64,000 nt of DNA from Vulcanimicrobiota bacterium (GCA_963820825.1 CAWGBN010000008.1:128001-192000), one strand, 5' to 3'; counted from the first letter of the stretch, positions 1-10,390 are shown. The notes: generated by a model not told the origin, from the sequence alone. Program-made: numbers and translations.

Positions 1-405
1 GGAGACGTAATACGCATGCAGGTCGTAATGCGGAACCGGAAGGCCGGGGTGTCCGTGCGGCTCGTACTTGAAATCCACGTGATCGATGGTGTAGCCGGGC
101 AGCGCGCGGACGTTCGCGTAGCTGAATCCCTTTTCGAGCTGCGCGACCGTCACCATGATCTCGGTGAATACCGGCTTCCCCTTCCAAACCCCATAGATCG
201 GACCGATGGGCAGCTTCTTCGGATTGGCCCAATGCTCGCCCATCGTTGCGATGCACGGTGAGACCAGTATCGCGTCCGCGGGAATTCCGGCAGGATGAAC
301 CTTGGGCTGCGGCGGCAGCATCGGCTCGCCGGCATCCGCACCGGTACACGAGCTCTTCACTACAAACGATATCACAAGCGCAAAAAGCGCGACGAAGCGC
401 ATCAT
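1..405 (-). CDS. Secreted His-rich protein, DUF5602/TTHB210-like (3' end outside window)
   Basis: Not in ORF track. Manual translation: MMRFVALFALVISFVVKSSC...MGEHWANPKKLPIGPIYG...IDHVDFKYEPHGHPGLPVPHYDLHAYYVS. GGAGGAGG RBS; ATG overlaps the upstream TGA (ATGA). Confidence 0.7.
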   Translation of the reverse strand, partial: MMRFVALFALVISFVVKSSCTGADAGEPMLPPQPKVHPAGIPADAILVSPCIATMGEHWANPKKLPIGPIYGVWKGKPVFTEIMVTVAQLEKGFSYANVRALPGYTIDHVDFKYEPHGHPGLPVPHYDLHAYYVS

Positions 406-2978
406 CGATCTTCCTCCTCCGATCTCACGGTTTCAGCGACGCTTCTCGGAGCGCCTGTTGCTTGCGCGACCGCCTCCTTTTCGCTCATAGCCGCGCCCTC
501 TGCCAAACGGGCCGTAACTGCCTCCGCTCCGAGGGCAGTTCGCAGCGCGGTTAATGCGCGGTCGTACTCTCGCTGCTCTTGATTGTTCAGCCGGGCGGCT
601 CCCATCGCCGCAAGACGAGCGTCGACGAATCCCAAGATTCGCACGGCGCGCACGCTCTGGGAAACGCTGCTGCCGGAAGAGCCGGCGCGCAACGCCGCGA
701 TGGCGGCGAGATGCTGCAGTGCCTGTGCCGCCAGAACGCCTAGGTGCCCGCTCCCATGACGGTATTCGAGCGCGAGCGCGAGCGCCTCACGAGCGCGCCG
801 TTCGGCTTCTTCGAACCGGTCCAACAAAATGAGATAGAGCGCGATGTTGTCCAACGCCTGTGCGACGAGCGGGGTCTCGTCGAAGGTCTGTAAGGACGAT
901 ACGGCTCTGCTCGCGTACTCCAGCGCCAGCTCGACGTTGCCGGCGATGGCTTCGCATTCGCTCAGATCGTTGAACGTGAAGGCCGCATTGAGATCTGCCC
1001 CGAGCGACTGGTAAATCTGAATTGCTTCCGAGTAATACGCTCGCGCGGCGACGATATCTCCGCTGTTGACGCAGCTGTTCCAACCCAACCCTCGGACGAT
1101 ATAGGCGATTAACCGGCGGTTTCCAATCGCGCGCGCTGCGGCGAGCGCCTCGTGCAAGAGCGGTACGGCTTCCGCCGGGCGTCCGAGCGCGGTGAGCGCG
1201 TGCGCCACCAGGCTTTGCGACCGGGCGGCGCCGAGTTCGTCACCGACCGCTCGATATTGCGCTGCGGCGCGCTCGCTGCACGACAAGTGCGCGTTATGGT
1301 CGCGGACCGACCAGGCCGTAATTGCTTCGGCATAACTGATCGCGGCTCGTACGCCAAGCGGAGTTCCATCGTCTAGCAATTGGCGAGCGGATGCAAGCCA
1401 TCGCGACCCTTCGAGCGGAGCAAAATACTGCCAGACCACGCGCAGCTCTCCGACGAGTCGCTCTCCCAACAAAACGTCGCCCCGGTCGTTGAGCGTCCAC
1501 TGCAGCGCCGTGCGCCAGTTATCGAGTTCCTCCGGAACGAGGCCGCGCCAGACGTCGTCGGGTTCGGACTCGTAAACGAGCTCGAGTCGCTCGGCGAGCT
1601 CGAGGGCGAGGCACGCCTGCCGGCGCGCGACGGCCTGCGTCTCGCCGCGATCGTCGAGCTTCTCGCGGGCGTATTCGCGAAATGATTCGCAGAGCTCATA
1701 ACGCGGCGCGTCTCCCTCTAACTCGGCTGCCACCAGCGATTTGTCGACCAAGGATGAGAGCGCCGCGAAGACGTCCGCTGCAGAGGCGCCTTCGTCGGCA
1801 CAGACCGCGCTCGCACCGGCGAGCGTGCAGCCGCCGACGAAGACCGAGAGCCGTTCGAAGAGCCGCTGCTCCGGCTTTGAGAGCAGATTGTAGCTCCAAT
1901 CGATCGTCGCGCGCATCGTCTGCTGGCGCGGCAACGCCATGCGCTCACCCACGGTCAGCAGCCTGAAGCGATCGTCGAGTCTACGAGCCAGCGCGGCGAG
2001 CGAAAGCAGATTAACGCGCGCCGCCGTCAACTCGATCGCGAGGGGTATTCCATCGAGCCGCCGGCAGACTTCGGCGACGATCGGTGCGTTTTCGTCGCTC
2101 AGCTCAAACCGATGATCGACGGCACGCGCACGATCGACGAAGAGTGCGATAGCGCCGTACGATCCGGCGTCGGCGGCCCGCATCGTACCGGCGCTTTCCG
2201 CTTCGGGCACCACGAGCGGCGGTAGACGATAGGCGTGCTCTCCCGCGGCTCTGAGCGGTTCGCGGCTGGTCGCAATGACGCGCAGCGCCGGACAACGGCT
2301 TAACAGACGCTCGGCGACCACGGCCGCTTCGTCGACGACGTGCTCGCAGTTGTCGAGAATCAAGAGCAGCGGTTTTTCATGCACGTATGCAACGAGCGCG
2401 TCGAGCAGCGAACGTTCGGGGCTCTCCTTGACCCCAAGTGCTGCCGCGATGGTGCCGGTCACGAGCGACGAATCGCCGATCGGCGCCAATCCGGCAAAGC
2501 AGAGCGCGCGGTCGTCGTGCTCGAGCGACGTCGCGACCTGCAGCGCGGTCTGCGTCTTACCGATACCGCCGGTACCGGTCAGCGTGACGAGCCGATGCTT
2601 GCGCACGAGCGCCGCGATCTCGCTAAGCTCGCGTTCGCGGCCGACGAACGTTGCGAGCGATAACGGAAGGCTGAAGGCTGCGGGCGGAGCCGAAGCGCCG
2701 GTCCTTAATGCGGGACCGTAGCGCGGACGCGTCGGCCGCGTCGCGGCTGCCTCGAGATGCCGGCGTTCGTCGGGCGCCAGGGCCAACGCACGCGCCAACA
2801 GCGCGACCGTCTCCCGATGGGGCGTCCGCCGATACCCGCGTTCGAGCGCGCTGATACCATTCGCGCTCATGCCCGCGCGCTCGGCCAAGGCCTCCTGCGA
2901 GAGTCCGGCGGCAAGCCGATAGCTTCGCAATACCGTCCCGAAGTCCGACGAGCCGGTGATCTGCTCCCCGTCCTCCAT
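402..2978 (-). CDS. XRE-HTH + STAND/NB-ARC-type ATPase + TPR regulator
   Basis: N-terminal HTH (LSQEALAERAGMSANGISALERG), Walker A GTGGIGKT, Walker B LLILDNCEH, CRRLDGIPLAIEL, C-terminal TPR-like helices. Confidence 0.9.
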   Translation of the reverse strand: MEDGEQITGSSDFGTVLRSYRLAAGLSQEALAERAGMSANGISALERGYRRTPHRETVALLARALALAPDERRHLEAAATRPTRPRYGPALRTGASAPPAAFSLPLSLATFVGRERELSEIAALVRKHRLVTLTGTGGIGKTQTALQVATSLEHDDRALCFAGLAPIGDSSLVTGTIAAALGVKESPERSLLDALVAYVHEKPLLLILDNCEHVVDEAAVVAERLLSRCPALRVIATSREPLRAAGEHAYRLPPLVVPEAESAGTMRAADAGSYGAIALFVDRARAVDHRFELSDENAPIVAEVCRRLDGIPLAIELTAARVNLLSLAALARRLDDRFRLLTVGERMALPRQQTMRATIDWSYNLLSKPEQRLFERLSVFVGGCTLAGASAVCADEGASAADVFAALSSLVDKSLVAAELEGDAPRYELCESFREYAREKLDDRGETQAVARRQACLALELAERLELVYESEPDDVWRGLVPEELDNWRTALQWTLNDRGDVLLGERLVGELRVVWQYFAPLEGSRWLASARQLLDDGTPLGVRAAISYAEAITAWSVRDHNAHLSCSERAAAQYRAVGDELGAARSQSLVAHALTALGRPAEAVPLLHEALAAARAIGNRRLIAYIVRGLGWNSCVNSGDIVAARAYYSEAIQIYQSLGADLNAAFTFNDLSECEAIAGNVELALEYASRAVSSLQTFDETPLVAQALDNIALYLILLDRFEEAERRAREALALALEYRHGSGHLGVLAAQALQHLAAIAALRAGSSGSSVSQSVRAVRILGFVDARLAAMGAARLNNQEQREYDRALTALRTALGAEAVTARLAEGAAMSEKEAVAQATGAPRSVAETVRSEEEDR

Positions 2979-3176
2979 GTGCGGTGGGGGTTCGAGCCTC
3001 GGCGGAAGGCCACCCTCGCTCTCCCAGCGGCCGAGTCCGATATCGCACGCTACTCACACAAGCGATAGGGTGTGCGACCCGGTTGTTCGGTTGTGCGTTA
3101 CGGCAGACTAGGCCCGCGCGGCATGATGCATAGCGGAACAGGCGCCCTGCCTGGCCTCCTCTTCAAGGAGCAGAAC

Positions 3177-4268
3177 ATGACCTCGATCCATCGCATCAGC
3201 GCCGGCGCCGCCGGCCTTTGCATTGCAGCCGTAGCGCTCGCCGCTTGCGGCGGCGCTCACTCGTCACTCGCCGGGCCCTCCGTCCTTCCGGATCAGACCT
3301 CCGGCATTCCGGATCGGAGCTCCGCCGCGGCTAACTCGGCTGCGGCTGACGTCCAACCCGAAAAGTCGTGGATGGTTCCGACCGCCGCGACCGTCAAGAA
3401 GCTGATCTATCTCTCCGACGCAGGCCGCAACGCCGTGGTCGTCTACGATTACGCGACCGGAAAGCAGTTGGGACTGCTGACCGGCTTTCACAATCCGGCC
3501 GGCCAGTGCGTCGACCGCAGAGGCGACGTCTGGATCGCCGACTCCGACGCGCATGCGCTCGTCGAATACCGGCGCGGCGCACTCGCGCCGGCCCAGCGGC
3601 TCTCGACCTCTGGTCGTCCGGTTGGATGTTCGATCGCACCGAACGGCAACCTCGCCGCGGCCGAGGATCCCGCCCTCGAAGACGCGGGCAGCGCGGTCGC
3701 CGTCTGGAGCGCCGCCGCGCGCGCCGCCGCCTACTCGCCACACGCGGCCTCGTTCGCGGTTCCCAACTGCGACCTGCTCTCGCCACCCGGATACGACAAC
3801 CACAATAACCTCTATCTCGAGTGCACGATCGCCGACCTATCCAGCATCCGCGAACTTCCCGCCGGCGCTCGCACGTTACGGAAAGTCTCGTTCAACCGGT
3901 CGATCGTCGCCCCCGGCGGCGTTATGTGGGATGGCAAGTACATCACGCTGGCCGATCGGAACTTCCACTTCCGCCGTAGCACGGCAATCTATCGTGCAGT
4001 CGCGTCTGCCTCGGGAGCGCTTGCGGTCGCCGGCACCACGCTGCTGAGCGACGGGTGCGGCGGCGGCTTCACAAACGTCTTCTCACCCTTCATCGTCGGC
4101 GACAAGAACACGCCGGCGAACGATCGTCAGGGCACCACGGTAATCGGTGACGACCAGTCCTGCACCGGCGCCTTCGATTACTGGGCCTATCCGAACGAGA
4201 GCAATCAAGTCAAGACGCTGCCTTCGGCACCATCCTACGCAACGGGAGCCTCGGTCAGCATCTTATAG
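3177..4268 (+). CDS. Secreted lipoprotein, NHL/beta-propeller-like
   Basis: AAGGAG RBS before ATG 3177; lipobox ALAAC; beta-strand repeats (LIYLSD, VWIAD, WDGKYITL). Confidence 0.8.
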   Translation: MTSIHRISAGAAGLCIAAVALAACGGAHSSLAGPSVLPDQTSGIPDRSSAAANSAAADVQPEKSWMVPTAATVKKLIYLSDAGRNAVVVYDYATGKQLGLLTGFHNPAGQCVDRRGDVWIADSDAHALVEYRRGALAPAQRLSTSGRPVGCSIAPNGNLAAAEDPALEDAGSAVAVWSAAARAAAYSPHAASFAVPNCDLLSPPGYDNHNNLYLECTIADLSSIRELPAGARTLRKVSFNRSIVAPGGVMWDGKYITLADRNFHFRRSTAIYRAVASASGALAVAGTTLLSDGCGGGFTNVFSPFIVGDKNTPANDRQGTTVIGDDQSCTGAFDYWAYPNESNQVKTLPSAPSYATGASVSIL

Positions 4269-4296
4269 TCGAACCTATCACGAGGAAGCGGGGAAC

Positions 4297-4329
4297 GCGG
4301 CCCGGTCGTACGACCGGGCCGCACTTTTT
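4297..4329 (+). terminator. Intrinsic terminator
   Basis: Perfect inverted repeat GCGGCCCGGTCG-TA-CGACCGGGCCGC followed by ACTTTTT. Confidence 0.8.
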
Positions 4330-4488
4330 GACCGTTTGTGAACCCACACAGCTGCCCCGATGTGCGGGTCGCTTGTGCGAGCGTCCGTTATCGCGACCGA
4401 GCGCTTACGAGATGATTGAAGTGTAAGGACGACCGTCGCTATTCCGCACGTTCGTCGATCTGAAATCAACGCAAAAGGAGAACCCAAA

Positions 4489-4809
4489 ATGACTCATCTC
4501 GTTCTCGCTGCCGCGATGCACTTCGATCGTAGCATACGCTGCAGCACGCTCGCGGCCAACGTCCCCAAAGCGGCCGCTTGCGAACGCGCCGATGGAACTC
4601 TGCGCACCTTCAAGAGCCGCGCAATCGCCTGGCGCGTTCGTTACTTCGTCCGCTACTGGCAGATGCCGTGCGGCGAGTTTCCGACCGAGGAAGAGGCCTA
4701 CGTCTTCCACATGGTCACGAACGACCTCTATAACGATCCCGACCTGAGCGATGCCGATCGCATCGACATTCGCAATATCATGTTCGTGGGGCCGGTCCGA
4801 TGCCCGTAG
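4489..4809 (+). CDS. Hypothetical four-Cys protein (paralog of 5883..6221)
   Basis: AAAGGAG RBS; strong similarity to the downstream paralog (CERADGTL...VRYWxMPCGEFPTEEEAYVFHxVTNDLYxDPDL). Confidence 0.75.
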   Translation: MTHLVLAAAMHFDRSIRCSTLAANVPKAAACERADGTLRTFKSRAIAWRVRYFVRYWQMPCGEFPTEEEAYVFHMVTNDLYNDPDLSDADRIDIRNIMFVGPVRCP

Positions 4810-5840
4810 CCTCTTTGAACTCAAAAAGCTGCGCGGCACTTGCGGCGCTGACGATCCTCGCGGGTTGCAGCGGCGCGCGGGCCGGCATGTCCATCGTGCC
4901 TACCGCGCCGGCGCCGCCGTCGCAGAAGGCACAGACCAGCCACTCGCAGCGCGGCATCGGCGAATCGACGCCTCTTTACGTCTACGTTTCGAACCGAACC
5001 GATCGGGGAGCCTCGGAGCTGCTCGTCTATAACGAAGGTTCGCAGAATCCGGCTCCCATTCGCACCGTCACGAAGAACCTCGTCAACGCCGGCGGCATCG
5101 CCGTCGACTCGTCGGGAGATCTCTTCGTCGCCAATGGCACGGGCGGAAACGTCCTGGAGTACGCTCCGGGGGCGGTTTCGATCGTTCAGACCTACTCGAA
5201 AGGACTCGCCGATCCCAGCGACGTCGCCGTTGCAAACGGGACCCTCTACGTGACGGACCGAGGAGACGCCGCAAACGGATACGTTCAGCAAATCATCGAG
5301 TACCCGATCGGCGACTCCAAGCCCTCATTAGGCATCGCGGGAATCGGTTCGTCGCCCGATCTCAACGAAGGCATCGCCGTCAATCCGATCGCGACGAAAG
5401 GAACCTTCTTCGCCTCGGCGAGCACGATGACGATGGTTCCGTTTAGCGGAGAGTGCAGCGGCAGCACCGAGACCGTCGGCGAGGATATCTTTCCGACCCT
5501 CTGGATGATCGTGCCCCTTTCGGAAAACGTCCAGGCCCCGGGTCTGGCCTTCGATGCGAGCGGGAGACTCTACGCCGCGGATCCGTGCAGCAACGACGTC
5601 GCCATCTACTCCGATTCGAACAACACCTGGACCTACGGCGGCAGAGTGCCCGGAACGTTCAAGACGCCGCTCTTCCTAACGATCGACGGCCAATACTTAG
5701 CCGTTCCCAGCTCGGGAAGCCCGCAGACGCTCGAGCCCGGCTACGTAACCGTGATCGATCTGAGCGGAAACTCCTCGACCCTTACCGTCACCAACGGTCT
5801 CCAACATCCCATCGGCGCCGCGGTTGGACCGCAACCGTAA
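4800..5840 (+). CDS. Secreted lipoprotein with NHL-like repeats
   Basis: Lipobox ILAGC; repeats GIAVDSSGDLFVAN, GLAFDASGRLYAAD, PIGAAV. Start may be TTG 4815. Confidence 0.8.
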   Translation: MPVASLNSKSCAALAALTILAGCSGARAGMSIVPTAPAPPSQKAQTSHSQRGIGESTPLYVYVSNRTDRGASELLVYNEGSQNPAPIRTVTKNLVNAGGIAVDSSGDLFVANGTGGNVLEYAPGAVSIVQTYSKGLADPSDVAVANGTLYVTDRGDAANGYVQQIIEYPIGDSKPSLGIAGIGSSPDLNEGIAVNPIATKGTFFASASTMTMVPFSGECSGSTETVGEDIFPTLWMIVPLSENVQAPGLAFDASGRLYAADPCSNDVAIYSDSNNTWTYGGRVPGTFKTPLFLTIDGQYLAVPSSGSPQTLEPGYVTVIDLSGNSSTLTVTNGLQHPIGAAVGPQP

Positions 5841-5882
5841 CCGCTCTTTGCCGAACCTTGCCGAAGCGCCGATTCGGCGTGA

Positions 5883-6221
5883 ATGACGGCAACGATGATC
5901 GCGGGTCTCGTTGCCGTCCTCCTAACCGCGCACGATACGTCGCGCTGCAAGCCGTTCGCACCGCGCTTTGCGCAGTTCGTCGCCTGCGAGCGTGCCGATG
6001 GAACGCTGCAGGCATTCTCCGATCGGCAGATTACCTGGCGCGTACGCTTCTACGTCCGCTACTGGGAGATGCCGTGCGGCGAGTTCCCGACCGAAGAGGA
6101 AGCGTACGTCTTCCATCTCGTTACCAACGATCTCTACGGCGATCCCGACTTGAACGACCGGCAGCGGACCGCAATCCGCAACGCGATGTACCGGGGCAGC
6201 CCGCACTGTCTGCGCTCTTAG
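5883..6221 (+). CDS. Hypothetical secreted four-Cys protein (paralog of 4489..4809)
   Basis: Hydrophobic N-terminus; same conserved core and four Cys as the upstream copy. Confidence 0.75.
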   Translation: MTATMIAGLVAVLLTAHDTSRCKPFAPRFAQFVACERADGTLQAFSDRQITWRVRFYVRYWEMPCGEFPTEEEAYVFHLVTNDLYGDPDLNDRQRTAIRNAMYRGSPHCLRS

Positions 6222-6598
6222 TCGGTTGCGATCTTCTCGTACTCGGCAAGCGATAGGAGGCTCTTCGTTTCGTCCGGCTTCGTGGGGCGCACTTTGATCA
6301 GCCACCCCGAGCCGTACGGTTCGCGGTTTACGGCCGCCGGATCCCCATCGAGCGCGGCATTGACCTCGACGACCTCGCCCGAAATCGGCGTAAAGAGATC
6401 CGAGACGGCTTTGACCGATTCGATGACGCCGACGTTGGCGAACTGCGCGATCGTCGACCCAACCTTGGGCAACTCGACGTAGACGATATCGCCGAGCGCG
6501 TTCTGGGCGTAGTCGGTAATGCCGACCGTCGCCGAGCCGCCCTCGAGCCTCACCCATTCGTGCTCTTTGCTAAAGAGCAGATCCTCATCTGGCGCCAC
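6218..6598 (-). CDS. gcvH: Glycine cleavage system H protein
   Basis: SKEHEWV, GITDYAQ, lipoyl motif IESVKAVSD, VNREPYGSGWL; GTG start after AGGAG. Confidence 0.95.
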   Translation of the reverse strand: MAPDEDLLFSKEHEWVRLEGGSATVGITDYAQNALGDIVYVELPKVGSTIAQFANVGVIESVKAVSDLFTPISGEVVEVNAALDGDPAAVNREPYGSGWLIKVRPTKPDETKSLLSLAEYEKIATD

Positions 6599-6614
6599 TT
6601 CTTCTCTCCTTCCG

Positions 6615-7706
6615 TTACGATTTCGCGCGCTTGTAAAAGGGGAGCGCAACGACGGTCGCAGCGTGATTCTTGCCGCGAATCTCGACGTCCAGCCGTGTGT
6701 CGTCCGCCGCCGCCTCGGGAGCGACGAGTGCCGTCGCTATGCTCCGGTTGCCATATGACGGAGCGATCGATCCGCTTCGGATCGATCCCACCAGGCGTCC
6801 GTCGAACCAAACCTGATACCCCTCGCGCGCCGGGGCCCGTCCCTCCATTACGAGACCGACGATGCGCGAGTACCGGTCGACCTCGAGTTGTTCCTTGAGA
6901 GCCGCTCTTCCGACGAACTCCGGTTTATCGAGTTTGAGCGCCCACTTCAATCCGGCTTGAACCGGAGTGATCGCCTCGGTCAACTCGTGGCCGTAGAGCG
7001 GCATCCCGGCCTCGAGCCGCAGTACGTCGCGCGCACCGAGCCCGCACGGCTCGAGTCCTTCGGCGCGATGCTCCTGCAGAAGGTTTCGCCAAATCTCCGG
7101 AGCGTCCAGCGCGTCGACGAAGAGCTCGAATCCGTCTTCACCCGTATATCCGGTCCGTGCGATAACCGCAGGAATCCCGTTTACGCGCCCTTCGGCGCAG
7201 AAGTAGTATCGCAGTGCGCCGAGATCGACCTCGACGTGGGGCTGCAGGACTTCCACCGAGCGCGGTCCTTGAATCGCAACCAACGCGCTGCGGCCATGGT
7301 GGTTCTCCAGCGTGACGCCGGACTCCGGAAGCCGCTCGTTGAGCAGCCTCCACATCTTGTCGGCGTTTGCGGCATTGACGACCAGCAGCCAGCCTTTTTC
7401 GAGGCGATAGAAGATCGTGTCGTCGTGCGCGCCGCCGCCTTCGTTGCAGAAGATGTTGTACCGAGCCTGCATCGGCTTCATCGTCCCTACGGCGTTAATC
7501 GTCAGCGTATCGGCCCAGCGCGCAACCGCCTCCCCGGTGAGCCAAAACTGAGCCATGTGCGATAGGTCGAAGAGCCCGGCACGGTGCCGCACCGCATCGT
7601 GCTCTTTGAGAATGCCCGCGTACTGCACCGGCATCTCAAACTCCGCAAACGGCACCATGCGCGCACCGGCGCGAACGTGATCCTCGTGGAGCGCGGTCCG
7701 CTTCAT
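6615..7706 (-). CDS. gcvT: Glycine cleavage system aminomethyltransferase
   Basis: [45 protein letters not shown]. Confidence 0.95.
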   Translation of the reverse strand: MKRTALHEDHVRAGARMVPFAEFEMPVQYAGILKEHDAVRHRAGLFDLSHMAQFWLTGEAVARWADTLTINAVGTMKPMQARYNIFCNEGGGAHDDTIFYRLEKGWLLVVNAANADKMWRLLNERLPESGVTLENHHGRSALVAIQGPRSVEVLQPHVEVDLGALRYYFCAEGRVNGIPAVIARTGYTGEDGFELFVDALDAPEIWRNLLQEHRAEGLEPCGLGARDVLRLEAGMPLYGHELTEAITPVQAGLKWALKLDKPEFVGRAALKEQLEVDRYSRIVGLVMEGRAPAREGYQVWFDGRLVGSIRSGSIAPSYGNRSIATALVAPEAAADDTRLDVEIRGKNHAATVVALPFYKRAKS

Positions 7707-8137
7707 TATTTCTTCGGCTTCTCTTGGGGATAGGTGTTGAGGAAATCGAGGGTCGCGTGAGCGACGATCTTCTCCCCGCTGCGAACGTAGACTTCGCCGT
7801 AGACGATGCGCCGGCCGCCGCGAAGCACCCGCGCCTCGGCGACGAGATCGTGCGGTGGACCCGCGGGCGCGAGGAAGTTGCACTGAAGCGCCACGGTCGT
7901 GGTCTCTTGCTCGCGGCCGTAGATCGAGGCGAGCGCAACGTAGAAGACGGTATCGCAGAGACTAACGATCGCGCCGCCGTGTACGGCACCGGTGCCGTTG
8001 GTGATCTCGGGACGATACGGCATGCGCATCACCGCGCGGCCGCGCTCGACGCTCTCAAGCTTCAAGTCCAGCAACGCGACGAAGTTGCTCTTCTCTTTCT
8101 CCCAGGCGTGCGGTGCTTGCGAATAATCGGTCGCCAT
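7706..8137 (-). CDS. PaaI-family hotdog thioesterase
   Basis: NGTGAVHGGAIVSLCD motif. Confidence 0.9.
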   Translation of the reverse strand: MATDYSQAPHAWEKEKSNFVALLDLKLESVERGRAVMRMPYRPEITNGTGAVHGGAIVSLCDTVFYVALASIYGREQETTTVALQCNFLAPAGPPHDLVAEARVLRGGRRIVYGEVYVRSGEKIVAHATLDFLNTYPQEKPKK

Positions 8138-8163
8138 GCTTTTCTCCTATCGGCCCTTCCGCT

Positions 8164-9051
8164 TTAAAAGGTATCGCCGCCGGCCGCCAGCATTCGCCGC
8201 AGGTAGAGCGGGAGCGCGAAGAGCCGGCGGTGGGTGAGCGAGTCGTAAAAGAAACTCTCCCCGCGAAGCCGCGCGCAATACGCGTCGATGCGCTCCGGGT
8301 CGAGGCCGGCCAGGTCGACGCGGTCGCTGCACGCGAGAAAGGCCCATTCCGTATCGAAGGCCGGGACGTGCGTCGAAGACGAGACGACGTGCGCGTAGTG
8401 GCGGCGCAGCGTGCGCGCCATCTTGCAATGGAGAGCCGCGTTGTGGACCGCGGCGGTGCTGGCCTGGAGCACGTAGATGCCGCCGTCGGCCAGGCGCGAC
8501 TTGATCAGCCGAAAGACCTCGTCGTTGAAGAGCGGGTTGCTCGGCGAATCCGCCAGCGGTTCGGTCAGATCCGAAAGGATCACGCCGTAACGCTCGTCGT
8601 TGGCACGCATGAACGCAAGCGCATCACCGACGACGACGCGGGCGCGTGGATCCTCAAATGCGCCTGCGGACCACTCGGGCAGATACTTCTTTGCCAGGTC
8701 GACGACGAGTGCGTCGATGTCCACCATCGTGCATCGGGTGACCTCGGGAGAGCGCAGCACCTCGCGCAGCGTCGCGCCCTCGCCGCCGCCCAGGACGAGC
8801 ACCTCGCGGCGGTCGGCGGCGCCCGCCAGCGCCGGATGCACGAGCGCCTCATGGTAGATGCGCTCGTCGGCTTGAGCGCTTTGCGTGTCGCCGTCGAGAA
8901 CGAGGATCTTGCCGAAGACGGGCGAGCGCAGTACCGCGACCTGTTGGAACTCCGAGCGGCCGGAGTAATAGAGCTCGTCGACGGCGTGATGGTGCCGCTC
9001 CGCCGGCTCGAACTCTTCGACGTACCAGTGCCACTCTTTCGTCTTCGGCAT
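8164..9051 (-). CDS. speE: Spermidine synthase / polyamine aminopropyltransferase
   Basis: SEFQQV, LVLDG, DERIYHEALVHP, VLVLGGGEGATLRE, MVDID, ILSDLTEP. Confidence 0.9.
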   Translation of the reverse strand: MPKTKEWHWYVEEFEPAERHHHAVDELYYSGRSEFQQVAVLRSPVFGKILVLDGDTQSAQADERIYHEALVHPALAGAADRREVLVLGGGEGATLREVLRSPEVTRCTMVDIDALVVDLAKKYLPEWSAGAFEDPRARVVVGDALAFMRANDERYGVILSDLTEPLADSPSNPLFNDEVFRLIKSRLADGGIYVLQASTAAVHNAALHCKMARTLRRHYAHVVSSSTHVPAFDTEWAFLACSDRVDLAGLDPERIDAYCARLRGESFFYDSLTHRRLFALPLYLRRMLAAGGDTF

Positions 9052-9074
9052 GCGAGCCTAGTGATTGGCGGCGG

Positions 9075-9109
9075 AAAAGAAGAACCCCGCCGTGCCGGCG
9101 AGGCCCTTC
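9075..9109 (-). terminator. Intrinsic terminator after lipoprotein gene
   Basis: Minus strand GAAGGGCCTCGCCG-GCA-CGGCGGGGTTCTTC-TTTT (with G-U pairs). Confidence 0.65.
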
Positions 9110-9131
9110 ACCGAATCGCGACTCGTACGAA

Positions 9132-9842
9132 CTAGAAGCAGTTGATCGCGAAGTAGAGCCCGGTGCCTTTCGGCGGCAGCTCGAGGCCCTGTGGAACGGT
9201 GTACTGAGTGATCGTCACGGTCTTCCCCTTGATCGGGAACTGCGAGGGAAGCGCCGACCACGCGAGACCCTTCTTTCCCGATGCGAGGATCGCGGCACCG
9301 CAGTTCTTTCCGGGCAATCCCTTCGCATCGGTGATCACGTACTTGAGGATCGGTACGTTCTTGTGCGAGAGGGGCTTGATGACTTGCGTGGTCTGGTTGT
9401 CGGCGACGGCGTAGACGATGGTCGTTCCCTTACCCTTATACACCGGGAAGCTCTTGCCCTTATACTTTACGATGTCGCCGTTCTTGTCGATCGCGTCGAC
9501 CAGATAGATCGACACGGAGCCTTTGGCGGTGTTGTATCCGATCGAACCGGTAACGCTGATGTTCTGGTATTCGCCGAGGGTAAATTTTCCGCCCGTGTTT
9601 TTGAGCGTCCACTTATCGCACGCGCCCTTGAAGATCCACATCCATTGCGGCGGGTTCTTTGCACAGGTGGTCAGAGCGAGCGGCGACATATCGTCTTGGT
9701 TCGCAGTCATCGGCGAAAACGGTGAAGACGCTTGCGGCGCGAACGACGCGGATCCCGGAACGACGCCGTGACCGCCGCACGCGGCCAGTGCGATCGCCGT
9801 AACCGCTGCGAGCGCGCTAGACCGAATCATTGATAAACGCAT
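9132..9842 (-). CDS. Hypothetical Lys-rich lipoprotein
   Basis: Lipobox ALAAC; four further Cys. Confidence 0.75.
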   Translation of the reverse strand: MRLSMIRSSALAAVTAIALAACGGHGVVPGSASFAPQASSPFSPMTANQDDMSPLALTTCAKNPPQWMWIFKGACDKWTLKNTGGKFTLGEYQNISVTGSIGYNTAKGSVSIYLVDAIDKNGDIVKYKGKSFPVYKGKGTTIVYAVADNQTTQVIKPLSHKNVPILKYVITDAKGLPGKNCGAAILASGKKGLAWSALPSQFPIKGKTVTITQYTVPQGLELPPKGTGLYFAINCF

Positions 9843-9973
9843 TTGAAATTTCTTCTCAACCTCATTCGAGAGAGCAGTGACCGTTGGAATAACGAAATTT
9901 GACGGCAGCCGCCGCAGGCCTGCCGAAAAGCGCGTTATGAAAGCTGATAATTGCTGATGATAACGGTTAAAAA

Positions 9974-10390
9974 CTATGCCGACGCGCTAAATTCGCGCGA
10001 ATCCTCGTTGCGGCTCAGCACGTGCGTGAATTCGCCGTCGCTCTTTTCGATGCCACGTTTGAGCTCCGTAGCAAGCACGCTCGTCGCTCGTAACGCGCGC
10101 GCCGCGTGCTCGCAAGCGAGCCAGGGGTCGGTGTGGTCGCCGCACGTGTAAAAGTCCATCGCCGCGTAGCCCTTCTCGGGCCACGTGTGGATCGAAATAT
10201 GGGACTCTGCCAGGATGACCGTTCCGGAGACGCCTTGCGGCTCGAAACGGTGAAATGCGCTCTCCATAATGGTAGCGCGAGCGGCTTTCGCGGCGGCGAT
10301 CATCATGGCCGCGATGCCGTTGATATCCGAAAGCAAGGAGGGGCGACAGCCCGATAGCTCGCACACGATGTGCCTGCCGAGTGCCTTCAA
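9974..10390 (-). CDS. speD: S-adenosylmethionine decarboxylase proenzyme (short SpeH-type)
   Basis: LGRHIVCEL, FEPQGVSG, autocleavage site LAE-SHISIHTWPE, DFYTCG; TTG start after AAGGAG. Confidence 0.93.
   Translation of the reverse strand: MKALGRHIVCELSGCRPSLLSDINGIAAMMIAAAKAARATIMESAFHRFEPQGVSGTVILAESHISIHTWPEKGYAAMDFYTCGDHTDPWLACEHAARALRATSVLATELKRGIEKSDGEFTHVLSRNEDSREFSASA

Noticed and set aside
9940..9972. Fur box
   Set aside because: GATAAT-like hexamers without the palindromic arrangement; may just be an AT-rich promoter.
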